Virus record (IMG/VR): IMGVR_UViG_3300028833_000081
Span: 71,731 to 135,730 of that record
From: a virus
Lineage: Duplodnaviria > Heunggongvirae > Uroviricota > Caudoviricetes
Direction: 5' to 3' (one strand)
Length of the DNA: 64,000 nt
Both the position numbers and the translations under genes were made by a program. Shown one piece after another: positions 37,271-45,391 of the stretch (its first letter is position 1; every line of letters starts with the position of its first letter). The notes below the pieces were generated by a model, which was not told where the DNA came from, did not search any database, and saw only the letters and a list, made by a program, of their open reading frames with translations.

Positions 37271-37677
37271 TGGACGCTAGAGACTCTATCACTAATGAAG
37301 ATATTCGAGATATATTATTGTCTCTTGGATACTCGATCAAGTATGAAGTTGACGATGATGACATAGAAGATGATGAAAACTTCTGTGCCTTCTTAGAAAG
37401 ATCAGTACCAAACGGTAATGGAGAACACCGTTTTATAGACTCAATCTTTGATGTCGAATACGGTGTTGATTTCTATGCGATACTTGAAACGAAGATAGAC
37501 GCAGATGGTTACATACTTCATACCACAGACAGAGATAATTGTTTGAATATCGATGATATGACGTGTAATGATCTTTTGTGTCAAGGAATTGGAGCTTTGG
37601 AAGAATTTCGTTGGTTGCATACTTTAGAGCATGTACGGATGGGAGCCAACAATTTACGATTCATTCCAGAGAACTAA
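37270..37677 (+). CDS. hypothetical acidic protein (135 aa)
   Basis: TAATG overlap with the upstream gene. Confidence 0.5.
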   Translation: MDARDSITNEDIRDILLSLGYSIKYEVDDDDIEDDENFCAFLERSVPNGNGEHRFIDSIFDVEYGVDFYAILETKIDADGYILHTTDRDNCLNIDDMTCNDLLCQGIGALEEFRWLHTLEHVRMGANNLRFIPEN

Positions 37678-37722
37678 TAATAAATAGATTGGGCCTATGA
37701 CTAAAAGCCCATTATACACCCT

Positions 37723-37747
37723 TTGTCAAGAGTAGCTATTTGACAAA
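37723..37747. promoter_or_regulatory. operator-like palindrome tttgtcaa-N9-ttgacaaa overlapping a TTGACA box
   Basis: 8-bp perfect inverted arms upstream of the 37790 gene. Confidence 0.35.
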
Positions 37748-37789
37748 CTGTTACTTAGACAAAGATATAAAACAAAGGAAGGTATAATT

Positions 37790-37939
37790 ATGCCTATTAA
37801 TTTCATCGGAATTGGATCTAACCACACCCTGGGTCTGACCGTAAAATTCGACAAAACAAAGTATGAATCCGAGAATACTACGGATTCCAAAACAGAAACT
37901 GCTGAAGAGGAAGTTGGAGAGTCTCCTGACGCAGAATAA
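37790..37939 (+). CDS. small acidic protein (49 aa)
   Basis: RBS aaaggaagg 8 nt upstream. Not in the ORF track (under 60 aa). Confidence 0.4.
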   Translation: MPINFIGIGSNHTLGLTVKFDKTKYESENTTDSKTETAEEEVGESPDAE

Positions 37940-37953
37940 CACTCGGAGAAACC

Positions 37954-38340
37954 ATGATTACTACCCCGAAACAACTACTAGACGCACTGAATCGAAGAGA
38001 TCCAGAAACCCCGATTAAGATCTCTCCAGTCGTCATTGACAAGACAGGGGAGTATTTCTGTACCGCAGTGTATACCGCAAACTTTGGTGTAGTTCTATCT
38101 ATCGATGTCAATGAGGACGGTGAGTTCATCAAAGACACAGTAGGTAGTTTGGCAGCAGCTATCTCACGAAACATTAAAGAAAAACTTATAGCTGATGGAT
38201 CGATTCAACTTGCATATTGTGCTGTGAATGGTGCATTAAGAATCCTTCCCGTCAGAGCTATTTTAAACCGAGGAAAGCTGAAACTCGTCAAACTAACTGA
38301 AACACACTCTGGTTGTGCTGACACAGAGAAAGATGGATGA
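37954..38340 (+). CDS. hypothetical protein (128 aa)
   Basis: RBS ggagaaaccatg. Confidence 0.5.
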   Translation: MITTPKQLLDALNRRDPETPIKISPVVIDKTGEYFCTAVYTANFGVVLSIDVNEDGEFIKDTVGSLAAAISRNIKEKLIADGSIQLAYCAVNGALRILPVRAILNRGKLKLVKLTETHSGCADTEKDG

Positions 38341-38343
38341 ACT

Positions 38344-38433
38344 ATGGAAAATATGATTGAAGGAGCTATGGCTCTTTTACTCGCTGTCGGAATAATCGTT
38401 GTCCTTGTGACTGATATTCGGCGAAATAAATAA
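38344..38433 (+). CDS. membrane mini-protein (29 aa)
   Basis: ATG 4 nt after the upstream stop. Single hydrophobic helix AMALLLAVGIIVVLV. Terminator follows. Confidence 0.3.
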   Translation: MENMIEGAMALLLAVGIIVVLVTDIRRNK

Positions 38434-38465
38434 GGAAAGGTGCTTCAGCACCTTTCTTTTTTTCT
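38433..38465 (+). terminator. rho-independent terminator
   Basis: Hairpin gaaaggtgc ttca gcacctttc, then a T-run. Confidence 0.6.
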
Positions 38466-38541
38466 TGGTTATAATAAATAAAAAATAAAAAAGTATATAA
38501 AAGTTTAGTGTAACATGGTGTTATACTAGCCAAGGACTACT

Positions 38542-38718
38542 ATGCTAAAAATTTTTATTATTTGGACTATTATTGCAGTCGCCATTATGTGCGTCTATTT
38601 CGCAAGGATTAAGTGCAAAGAACTTAAAGCAAGCGATATCATAATCTGCGCATTAGGCATCTACTTTGCTCCGCCTCTTGCAATATTCGCACTCTTCCTC
38701 GCACTCTCTAAAAGGTAA
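38542..38718 (+). CDS. two-helix membrane mini-protein (58 aa)
   Basis: Two hydrophobic stretches (IIWTIIAVAIMCVYF and IYFAPPLAIFALFLAL). Not in the ORF track. Confidence 0.35.
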   Translation: MLKIFIIWTIIAVAIMCVYFARIKCKELKASDIIICALGIYFAPPLAIFALFLALSKR

Positions 38719-38730
38719 TGGAGATTACTG

Positions 38731-38991
38731 ATGCAGATTACGAAAGTTACGATTAGGAAAGAAACTCATAACATGGGCAAGACTCTCGGAAAGGCTGATA
38801 TCATCTTTGATGATCAGCTTCTTATTAGAGGGATCAAGATAAAAGATGGTGTGAATGGGATGTATCTTTCTATGCCTACCGATCTTACATCTGATAAAGA
38901 GTACAAGAGTATTGTGTTTCCGATCACGAGAGAACTTCGTGAGCATATGGAGACCAAAGTATTGGAAGCTTACCAAAACGCAGGTGACTAA
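38731..38991 (+). CDS. spoVG: SpoVG-like nucleic-acid-binding regulator
   Basis: Translation MQITKVTIRKE...KADIIFDDQLLIRGIKIKDGVNGMYLSMP...EYKSIVFPITRELRE is collinear with bacterial SpoVG (MxITDVR...FVVHDIRVI.G..GLFVAMP...FRDIAHPI). RBS ggagat upstream. Confidence 0.65.
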   Translation: MQITKVTIRKETHNMGKTLGKADIIFDDQLLIRGIKIKDGVNGMYLSMPTDLTSDKEYKSIVFPITRELREHMETKVLEAYQNAGD

Positions 38992-39752
38992 TGAAAACTA
39001 TAACAGATTATGATGTAGCGGCTAGAGAAATAGTTGCATGGACTAAAGGAGCATTTGAGAATCACGGGTTCAAGAATGCCATAGTCTGTGTTGACGGTGA
39101 GAAAGACTCAACTGTCGTAGCTAAGATTCTCATAGATGCTCTCGGAAAAGACAAAGTTTACGGAGTGGTTACTCCCACGACGCGAGATACCGATCAAAGT
39201 ACCGAGTACACTATACTCAGGGATCTTGTTATCACTAACATTAAAGAGGCTAACTTAGGTTTGCTTATTGATGCAGCATACGATACCTCAATGATTGCAT
39301 TAGAACAGACATCTATCGGCTCCCATACGAAGAGTAGGGCAATGGTAGACGTTAAGAATCTTGTTCTGAATATGCTTCATAGTGAAATTCCTGACTCTAC
39401 AGTCGTCTGTACTAAGAATCTTTCTGATCTTACCATTGGAAATTATGAGTTTCCATCTGACATTGGATTGATCGCTCCGGTTGCCGGAATGACTAATACT
39501 GAAGTCAAGGAACTTGGAATTACCATCGGACTAAGAAAGGAACTGATGTACAAGAAGCCTTATATAGCTATGGAAAATTGTCCATTGGAAATGAGGCTAG
39601 GCTTTAAGGATGAGCAGATAGATGCATATGTTCGTGGCGATCTTGAAGCACTTACTGATGGTGTCAGAATGGCTATTGAAAGTAGAGTCATGAAGAGTGC
39701 CATATACAAGAATGCTTTTAAGATGAATTTCTATCATCCGATTATCAATTAA
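38991..39752 (+). CDS. NAD+ synthetase (NadE)-like PP-loop family protein with degenerate PP-loop
   Basis: Collinear with NadE by motif reading. VCVDGEKDSTVVAKIL sits where NadE has the PP-loop GISGGQDST..A.KL (SGG replaced by DGE). C-terminal KKPYIAMENCPLEMRLGFKDEQIDAYVRG matches the NadE KK.P.ADLE...DE..G..ID.YL.G region. Confidence 0.55.
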   Translation: MKTITDYDVAAREIVAWTKGAFENHGFKNAIVCVDGEKDSTVVAKILIDALGKDKVYGVVTPTTRDTDQSTEYTILRDLVITNIKEANLGLLIDAAYDTSMIALEQTSIGSHTKSRAMVDVKNLVLNMLHSEIPDSTVVCTKNLSDLTIGNYEFPSDIGLIAPVAGMTNTEVKELGITIGLRKELMYKKPYIAMENCPLEMRLGFKDEQIDAYVRGDLEALTDGVRMAIESRVMKSAIYKNAFKMNFYHPIIN

Positions 39753-39769
39753 ACTAGAATGGGGAAAAT

Positions 39770-40033
39770 ATGGACTCAAGTAAGAACAGCAGATATCTTA
39801 TTGGATTCGAAGTAGCCTACAAGAAGGATATTCCCTGTAATCCTATTGCCTTTACGAATGAAAGGCATAAAATGGATCTTGAAGTATCTTGGAATGGTTA
39901 TGATGTTCCAGGTCTGAGACACATCTTGGAGAAATACGCCCGCGATAGGCTTTCTATCAGGGAATATACTGATGTTGCTGTCGTTATCACTTTTGCGCTT
40001 GAATTAAAGGAGAATCCTAATGCAGAGACATAA
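39770..40033 (+). CDS. hypothetical protein (87 aa)
   Basis: RBS ggggaaaatatg. Confidence 0.5.
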   Translation: MDSSKNSRYLIGFEVAYKKDIPCNPIAFTNERHKMDLEVSWNGYDVPGLRHILEKYARDRLSIREYTDVAVVITFALELKENPNAET

Positions 40034-40361
40034 TCCTTACCAAGATATGCGCTGGCAGACTATTGATAAGATTCTTAAGGGGAAACTCAAGAGGTGTATT
40101 GTCAATATCGATAAACGCGCTATCTGTTGGTATAGGGAAGATAATCATTTCGACTACGGAGAATTCTACCATACTTTTGGTGTACCGGGAATTTGGTTTC
40201 AAGGGTTCTTACCAACTGAAGAGTTCGCTAAGGAACCTAATGGAGCTAAGTACTCCTACTTCGAGTTCGAAATTAAGAACATGGAACACTTCTACGATGT
40301 GCTTGAGGGACTACTGTCAATTAAAAAACAGGAGTTAATCGATGCCCTTGAAGAAAGCTGA
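40020..40361 (+). CDS. hypothetical protein (113 aa)
   Basis: Overlapping start (aggagaatcctaatg). Confidence 0.5.
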   Translation: MQRHNPYQDMRWQTIDKILKGKLKRCIVNIDKRAICWYREDNHFDYGEFYHTFGVPGIWFQGFLPTEEFAKEPNGAKYSYFEFEIKNMEHFYDVLEGLLSIKKQELIDALEES

Positions 40362-40521
40362 AGACAGACCGTTTAGCGAGTCTGAACTCAAGGAGTTTAT
40401 CAAGATATTGGAAGATGGGCCTTCGTATGTTAGAGAGAATGTGATGTGCTACTACTATTACAATAACTCTAACTGTACAAAGTGTCCTAAGGCTGATTTC
40501 TGTAAGCTTCGCATAAAATGA
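40342..40521 (+). CDS. small Cys-containing protein (59 aa)
   Basis: RBS ggag 7 nt upstream of the ATG. C...CxxC...C cluster near the C-terminus. Terminator follows. Confidence 0.35.
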   Translation: MPLKKAEDRPFSESELKEFIKILEDGPSYVRENVMCYYYYNNSNCTKCPKADFCKLRIK

Positions 40522-40533
40522 TAGCAGTGCGAT

Positions 40534-40569
40534 GGGAGCATGGTGTAACAGCCATGCTCCCTATTTTTA
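40534..40569 (+). terminator. rho-independent terminator
   Basis: Hairpin gggagcatgg tgtaacag ccatgctccc, then a T-run. Confidence 0.6.
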
Positions 40570-40581
40570 TTAGGAGTATAC

Positions 40582-40785
40582 ATGGCAGAAGGAACACTAC
40601 CTGAAAGAAAGTGCGGACGCTGTAGAGAAACTATTCGCAATCTCGGCGATGCTACAATTCTTAAACTTGAATCGTTGGGCAGTAATGATAATAGATCATG
40701 GTTTATTTGTGAAAAGTGCAAATGCGGAGTGTTGGAATGGTTCCTGTCAGGAGATCCTATCCAACAGAAGTGTGATAAGGGATAA
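40582..40785 (+). CDS. zinc-ribbon mini-protein (67 aa)
   Basis: CGRC...CEKCKC motif pairs. RBS aggagt upstream. Confidence 0.5.
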   Translation: MAEGTLPERKCGRCRETIRNLGDATILKLESLGSNDNRSWFICEKCKCGVLEWFLSGDPIQQKCDKG

Positions 40786-40810
40786 GCTAAGGCTTGTTCC
40801 TTTTTTGTAA

Positions 40811-40840
40811 TTTTTAGTCATCGGGTTGTATATTAAAAAG
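40811..40840 (+). promoter_or_regulatory. promoter-like box (ttttttgtaatt ... ttgtatattaaaaag)
   Basis: Member of the repeated TTTG ... TATATTA(A/T)A motif family. Confidence 0.45.
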
Positions 40841-40866
40841 TAGCCAAATTTAACAAAGGAGTTATT

Positions 40867-41103
40867 ATGATTTGCAAGATAATAAAGGCGAAAAACTGGA
40901 AACCACAAGCTGCTAAAGAAATAACCTTCCCAAAGAAGGTTAGAGTATCCTATCCGAATGATAATACCACTGAAGAAAAGGTGGTCAATTCTCAAGAAGA
41001 ACTTGATGCTCTTAGCAGCTGGGCTGGCAACATGTGTTTTGCGTACTATCAATCCCACGGTCTTATGGGGATGAACGTAAGTGTCAGAACCTTGGAGGAC
41101 TAA
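40867..41103 (+). CDS. hypothetical protein (78 aa)
   Basis: RBS aaaggag upstream. Confidence 0.5.
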   Translation: MICKIIKAKNWKPQAAKEITFPKKVRVSYPNDNTTEEKVVNSQEELDALSSWAGNMCFAYYQSHGLMGMNVSVRTLED

Positions 41104-41105
41104 CG

Positions 41106-41606
41106 ATGGAACCACATGAACGCAAATTCTTGATTACGGAGCTGCAGAGAATTGAGCTAACTAACCGCTCCGTCTTTATCAAAGACATCGAGATCGAACA
41201 ATTCCATAAGGATGAATATAAATATCGTCATGCGGAAGAGTGGTGGCTCGATGAAAACCGGAAACCAGTGACAAAGGAATACAGGGTTCGTTACAATCGT
41301 ATCGGGAATAATCTCTACAAGCATGAGATTACCGAAGACGAATGGAAAGAACTCTCGGCAGGACATGCCCTTATCAATAAAGACAGAAGTTGCCGCAAGG
41401 ATGACGAATGGGATTATGATATTGATGTATTCTACGAACCTAAGAATTTCATTATGGTTGAAGTCTCTCGTGAAGGCAAAAACTGTATGGATTTCAAGGC
41501 TCCGCTGGGGTGGAAGGAAGTGACAGAAGACCCGAAATACAAAAATTCAAATATCGAGAAAGGGTCTCTCGATTATGAGGATCTTGATCCTTATTCACAG
41601 ACATAG
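41106..41606 (+). CDS. hypothetical protein (about 166 aa)
   Basis: Start moved to MEPHERK, with ggagga upstream. Confidence 0.5.
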   Translation: MEPHERKFLITELQRIELTNRSVFIKDIEIEQFHKDEYKYRHAEEWWLDENRKPVTKEYRVRYNRIGNNLYKHEITEDEWKELSAGHALINKDRSCRKDDEWDYDIDVFYEPKNFIMVEVSREGKNCMDFKAPLGWKEVTEDPKYKNSNIEKGSLDYEDLDPYSQT

Positions 41607-41627
41607 AAGGCTCTGCCTTCTTTTTTG
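41605..41627 (+). terminator. rho-independent terminator
   Basis: Hairpin agaaggc tct gccttct, then TTTTTT. Confidence 0.55.
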
Positions 41628-41659
41628 TATTTTCTATGATCCTAAATGTATATTAAAAG
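41627..41659 (+). promoter_or_regulatory. promoter-like box (tttctatgatcc ... tgtatattaaaag)
   Basis: Same motif family; TTTG about 24 nt upstream of TATATTAA. Confidence 0.45.
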
Positions 41660-41688
41660 ATAGTCAAACATCAACAAAGGAGAATTCT

Positions 41689-42159
41689 ATGACTAACACA
41701 AATAACATCACCACACCCGTTGACCGTGTCTTGTTAACGGAGCATGCCGACGAAAGATGCCTTGAGAGAGGTATTAATCCATATGTATGTGACTTGTCAA
41801 GGAAATATGGTAAACATATAACCCATCGAGGGGCGTACATTCTGCATTATGCGGATCTCCCAGAGAAGGTTATAAAAACCCTTCCAGAAAAGGTAAGATC
41901 TAGACTCGAAAAGGTCTTGCCTATTTGTTCCATTTGGACTACGGTAGTAGAACCGGATGGAATCTCTAAAAGGATTCTGTGCTTAACGGCATGGAGGATA
42001 TTCGAGAATTCGTCATACAAACGGTTAAACTGGCGTAGGGGCAAGTTAGGGCATGAGAAACACAAGAAAAACCGATCGGAAGCAGGTATTTACAAGCGAA
42101 AGACTCCACTTGATATGGAGGCTATCCTTGAATACCAACGCCGACAAGAGGAGAGCTAG
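41689..42159 (+). CDS. hypothetical protein (156 aa)
   Basis: Start moved to MTNTNN, with aaaggagaa upstream. Confidence 0.5.
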   Translation: MTNTNNITTPVDRVLLTEHADERCLERGINPYVCDLSRKYGKHITHRGAYILHYADLPEKVIKTLPEKVRSRLEKVLPICSIWTTVVEPDGISKRILCLTAWRIFENSSYKRLNWRRGKLGHEKHKKNRSEAGIYKRKTPLDMEAILEYQRRQEES

Positions 42160-42173
42160 TCTCTCCTTTTTTT
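42148..42173 (+). terminator. rho-independent terminator
   Basis: Hairpin aggagag ctag tctctcct, then T7. Confidence 0.6.
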
Positions 42174-42354
42174 GAAAAAAAAAATGATGGTGCAAGATTG
42201 CTCTCACACCACCACTACAGCTTATGAAACTGCGACTTACAGATTGCAACTATAATCAAGACCCAGAACAAAAACCAGACCGTCAGCAAAAGCGAAAACA
42301 GTAAGAAAACTCACAAAAGTTTTAATACCAATATGAGATTTCGACGGCCTGTAA

Positions 42355-42431
42355 TGGTAGCAAAGGCTGGGATCGAACCAGCGACCCTCGGACTAGTTGT
42401 CCGATGCTCTAACCAACTGAGCTACTTAGCT
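42355..42431 (-). tRNA. tRNA (77 nt) with atypical anticodon loop CAACUAG; identity undetermined
   Basis: Cloverleaf read by hand. Acceptor AGCUAAG/CUUUGCU has one U-U mismatch. U8 present. D-arm GCUC-AGUUGGUUA-GAGC with G18/G19. Anticodon stem UCGGA/UCCGA. 5-nt variable loop. T-arm GCUGG-UUCGAUC-CCAGC. Discriminator A, then CCA. Position 33 is A rather than the near-universal U, so canonical 34-36 reads ACU. Confidence 0.7.
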
Positions 42432-42596
42432 AACGAGGGCTTTCGTAAAAGCCTTTTGGCTTTGGAGGCCAAATCAAGATAGATAGATTACAGATCTATT
42501 CCACACGAACCCGTGTGGGGGTGTAAATCACAGTCTCGCAATGAGTCCAAAAAGGCGAGCAAGCCGCCTCCCCGGATTACTGTAAAACCAACCTGC

Positions 42597-43526
42597 CTAG
42601 CTATTCTTCACAGAAGCGTAGATCTCCTGAAGAGCTTCAGGAATCACAATCTTCAGTTCGGCAATGCGCTGAACTTCAGACTTACGCCACTGTTCGAATT
42701 CAAGGTTTATCGCTTGCATAGCGGTAATGTATTCGCTGTACAACCTGCGGTATTCGTCCTGCTTGATCCTGAAGGCTTCATTGAGTTCATTAGCCTTCTT
42801 GATGTTTTCCGACTCACGACGGGTCTTTTCAAGCTTGATCTTGTGCTTGAGTCCGTTCAATTCGGCTTGTGCAGAACGATAGGCTTCCTGAACCTCCATA
42901 TAGACCTTGTCAACTTCGGCGACATCAATCGACGGAGTATAGGTCGTAACAGTCAGTTCAGAACCAACGCCTTGAACGTCAGTATGACCAGCGAGCTTGT
43001 GCAGAGTCTTACGAGCATCTTCGAACGGTTCGCCCTTGTGGACAAACTGACCGAGAGCCGCAGCCTTTGCTTCAAGGCGCAGATACTTCTGACGCTCGTG
43101 AGCATCCAGATCGCTGAGGATCGTAGATTCTTCGACATTGAGAAGACCAGAAAGATCAGGGTTTTCAGGCGCTTCAGGAGGCTTTGGAAGAGTCTTGCCA
43201 TTGGCTTCGGCCCATTCCTTGATGAGCATACCACGCAGACGAGAAGTTTCCTTGTCCTTTTCCTTGATGGCTTCCCTGAACCAAGCGTTGAGGGCAGCGA
43301 GATCGCCAACACGATTGATGCCTTCAATGGCCTTCTTCAGCCAGTCCATGTTCTTACCAGCATCGGCAGTAACAGGTTCACAGCCAACGACAGTATACCT
43401 CTTGTTGATGAAGGTGATACCACGAGTTTCAGCAAGGATACCTTCAATGATTTCCTTGCTCTTGTTGGCTACATAGTTAGCCGAGGTGGAACTAAGTCCG
43501 TCTTTTCCGAAATAAACTTCGTTCAT
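42597..43526 (-). CDS. hypothetical protein (309 aa), coiled-coil-rich
   Basis: Minus-strand ORF with aggaga RBS. No recombinase motifs. Confidence 0.55.
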   Translation of the reverse strand: MNEVYFGKDGLSSTSANYVANKSKEIIEGILAETRGITFINKRYTVVGCEPVTADAGKNMDWLKKAIEGINRVGDLAALNAWFREAIKEKDKETSRLRGMLIKEWAEANGKTLPKPPEAPENPDLSGLLNVEESTILSDLDAHERQKYLRLEAKAAALGQFVHKGEPFEDARKTLHKLAGHTDVQGVGSELTVTTYTPSIDVAEVDKVYMEVQEAYRSAQAELNGLKHKIKLEKTRRESENIKKANELNEAFRIKQDEYRRLYSEYITAMQAINLEFEQWRKSEVQRIAELKIVIPEALQEIYASVKNS

Positions 43527-43574
43527 TTCATTCTCCTATTGAGTGTTTTATGGTTAATACTGCATTATTATATG

Positions 43575-43612
43575 GCGTTATCTATGTTCCTTTTGAACGG
43601 TATATTAAAAAG
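43575..43612 (+). promoter_or_regulatory. promoter-like box (ttatctatgttcc ... ggtatattaaaaag)
   Basis: Same motif family. Confidence 0.4.
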
Positions 43613-43634
43613 CAGACTTCACAAGGAGAATGAT

Positions 43635-43856
43635 ATGAGCCAAGTACATATCATAGTAGACGAATACCAAAATGCTCTGGGGGAATCACCTTGGTACATT
43701 CCGAGATACGGTTATACTAAAAAAGACCGTGCTAACGAAGAACTTGTAAAACATCGCAAGATCAAGAAACGCAACAAAAAGAAATCTACTGGGGATGACC
43801 AGAGTATCCAATCATATGTGGATTCTCATATTGTTAGCGTTGAGATCATTGAATAG
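43635..43856 (+). CDS. small basic protein (73 aa)
   Basis: Start MSQVHII has aaggagaa upstream. The long track ORF upstream is antisense shadow of the 309-aa gene. Confidence 0.5.
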   Translation: MSQVHIIVDEYQNALGESPWYIPRYGYTKKDRANEELVKHRKIKKRNKKKSTGDDQSIQSYVDSHIVSVEIIE

Positions 43857-44019
43857 GAGAATTATAATAGGAATATGAGTCTATTTGATCTTCTAAACAT
43901 GGATGTCGGAGAATTTCTTCGGCATCCTTTTGATTGTAATATTTTCGAAGAAGAGGAAGATGAAGATACCTTCTATGGTCATCTTTACTGCTTCGGAGCT
44001 ACACCTAAGAAGGAAGACA

Positions 44020-44340
44020 ATGAACGCAATAACATTCATAAATAAAGTGGCTGAACACTATGCTGATTTAGATGTCAGCCTTGTGAAACATAACCTTAAG
44101 CAGATCCCAGACAATATCACCCGGATGGATATTGACTTTGCCCAAGACATCAACTCGAACAAGGGCTATATGGTTATGAATAGGCTGACGTTCAACAGTG
44201 AAGAGAAACAGTGCTGGTTCTGTACGCTGGAAGACTCTAGGGTAATCCAGACAGAGGATGAACTTGACAAGACCCTTGAAGCCCTAAAACGGCTGACTTT
44301 TAAGATGGTAAATACCATTCATGTAGAAATCAAACTATAA
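44020..44340 (+). CDS. hypothetical protein (about 106 aa), start uncertain
   Basis: Met (MNAITF) with aaggaag upstream. An overlapping 56-aa alternative frame at 43876-44046 is also possible. Confidence 0.4.
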   Translation: MNAITFINKVAEHYADLDVSLVKHNLKQIPDNITRMDIDFAQDINSNKGYMVMNRLTFNSEEKQCWFCTLEDSRVIQTEDELDKTLEALKRLTFKMVNTIHVEIKL

Positions 44341-44353
44341 GGAAGACTAGACT

Positions 44354-44560
44354 ATGATCAGAATTTTCCCTAAGAAAACGGCATTCTATCTGTCAGAGCC
44401 GGATAACGAAATCGATCGTAAAATCTATAGATACTACGAAGTGTACAAGCGCATCTTCTGGCGGATCTATAAGAAGGTCGGAGTCATCTCGATGGACGAG
44501 ATTTCCAAAAGCCAAGATTTATCTGGGCTTCTCATGTCCAAGTTTTGTAGTAGAGGATAA
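44354..44560 (+). CDS. hypothetical protein (68 aa)
   Basis: RBS aaggaagactagactatg. Confidence 0.45.
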   Translation: MIRIFPKKTAFYLSEPDNEIDRKIYRYYEVYKRIFWRIYKKVGVISMDEISKSQDLSGLLMSKFCSRG

Positions 44561-44564
44561 GACA

Positions 44565-44822
44565 ATGGAAGTAAAAACAAGAAGACGTTCAGCTTCAAAG
44601 TCACGTAAGAGCAGGTTCCTAGTCAGCTTTGAAGGTTTCTATGCCAATGATCCATCATTCTACGATCTCACTGTAGAATGGAATGAAGAGGATCCAGAAG
44701 AGTTGCGAGATATGCTGAAAGAATACATCCGGGGAAGATATTGCAATGGACGAAAAGATATTAACATATATGTTACAATTCTTTCAGTATTCAAACTCAA
44801 ACATAAAAAGGTATCACGATAA
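44565..44822 (+). CDS. hypothetical basic protein (85 aa)
   Basis: RBS gaggataagacaatg. Confidence 0.45.
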   Translation: MEVKTRRRSASKSRKSRFLVSFEGFYANDPSFYDLTVEWNEEDPEELRDMLKEYIRGRYCNGRKDINIYVTILSVFKLKHKKVSR

Positions 44823-44986
44823 ATACTCTATTCTTTAGTGCGCAGGAGACACACCACCTTCGGGAGGTGGAGAAGTTACGGCGAGGAAGGCTTTTATCGG
44901 TTCGCCGGATGGTGGAATTGCGTAGGTACGAGGGGCTAGGAGCCGTGTTCCCTCGTACCATGAATATCTAAAGAAAGGAAACACAA
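44823..44986 (+). other. GC-rich intergenic element with three consecutive hairpins (candidate small RNA or regulatory leader)
   Basis: Hairpins ccacc ttcgg gaggtgg, ggcga...tcgcc, and 10-bp ggtacgaggg...ccctcgtacc. GC well above surroundings. No ORF. Confidence 0.35.
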
Positions 44987-45313
44987 ATGGATAAACTTCT
45001 AATCATTTATAATATCGAGAATATGACATTTCCGTTATGCGGATTTGTTACAGAACAAAATAGAAACATCCTGTTAAGAAAATTCGAAGAATGTAATAGA
45101 GATAAATTTGTATTCTATAATAATGACAATATGGTCGAAGTTGATTGCTCTGAAATCATAGAGGCATTAAAGAATCCGTTTACGATAGACATGACGAAAG
45201 TACCTCAAGAGATTGTGAGCTATGATCCGGCCACTTACATCGCCGAAAGAGAAATGTTCTTTGAAGTTCAAGAAGACGGATCTCTTCGTGAGCTTCCGCC
45301 TGATAATGGCTAA
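44987..45313 (+). CDS. hypothetical protein (108 aa)
   Basis: RBS aaaggaaacacaaatg. Confidence 0.5.
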   Translation: MDKLLIIYNIENMTFPLCGFVTEQNRNILLRKFEECNRDKFVFYNNDNMVEVDCSEIIEALKNPFTIDMTKVPQEIVSYDPATYIAEREMFFEVQEDGSLRELPPDNG

Positions 45314-45320
45314 GAGTTTA

Positions 45321-45350
45321 GGTCTACCTTCGGGTAGACCTTTTATTTTT
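45321..45350 (+). terminator. rho-independent terminator (ggtctaccttcgggtagacc family)
   Basis: 8-bp stem with ttcg loop plus a T-run. The same element recurs at 46483 and 50306. Confidence 0.65.
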
Positions 45351-45389
45351 TGATTTGTATATTATACAATAGAAACTTTTAGAGGTAAT
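45347..45389 (+). promoter_or_regulatory. promoter plus leader cassette (tttgatttgtatattatacaatagaaacttttagaggtaat)
   Basis: About 42-nt unit repeated exactly at 47961-48002. Confidence 0.5.
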
Positions 45390-45391
45390 CT

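Noticed and set aside
39770-40033. Lysis cassette (endolysin or holin) among the small genes
   Set aside because: No lysozyme, amidase or peptidase catalytic motifs were recognisable in any ORF. Several small TM proteins exist, but none could be assigned as holin from sequence alone.
42355-43526. tRNA plus adjacent gene as a prophage att/integrase junction
   Set aside because: The adjacent 309-aa protein shows no tyrosine or serine recombinase motifs. There is no flanking direct repeat of the tRNA 3' end. Phage-type genes continue on both sides.
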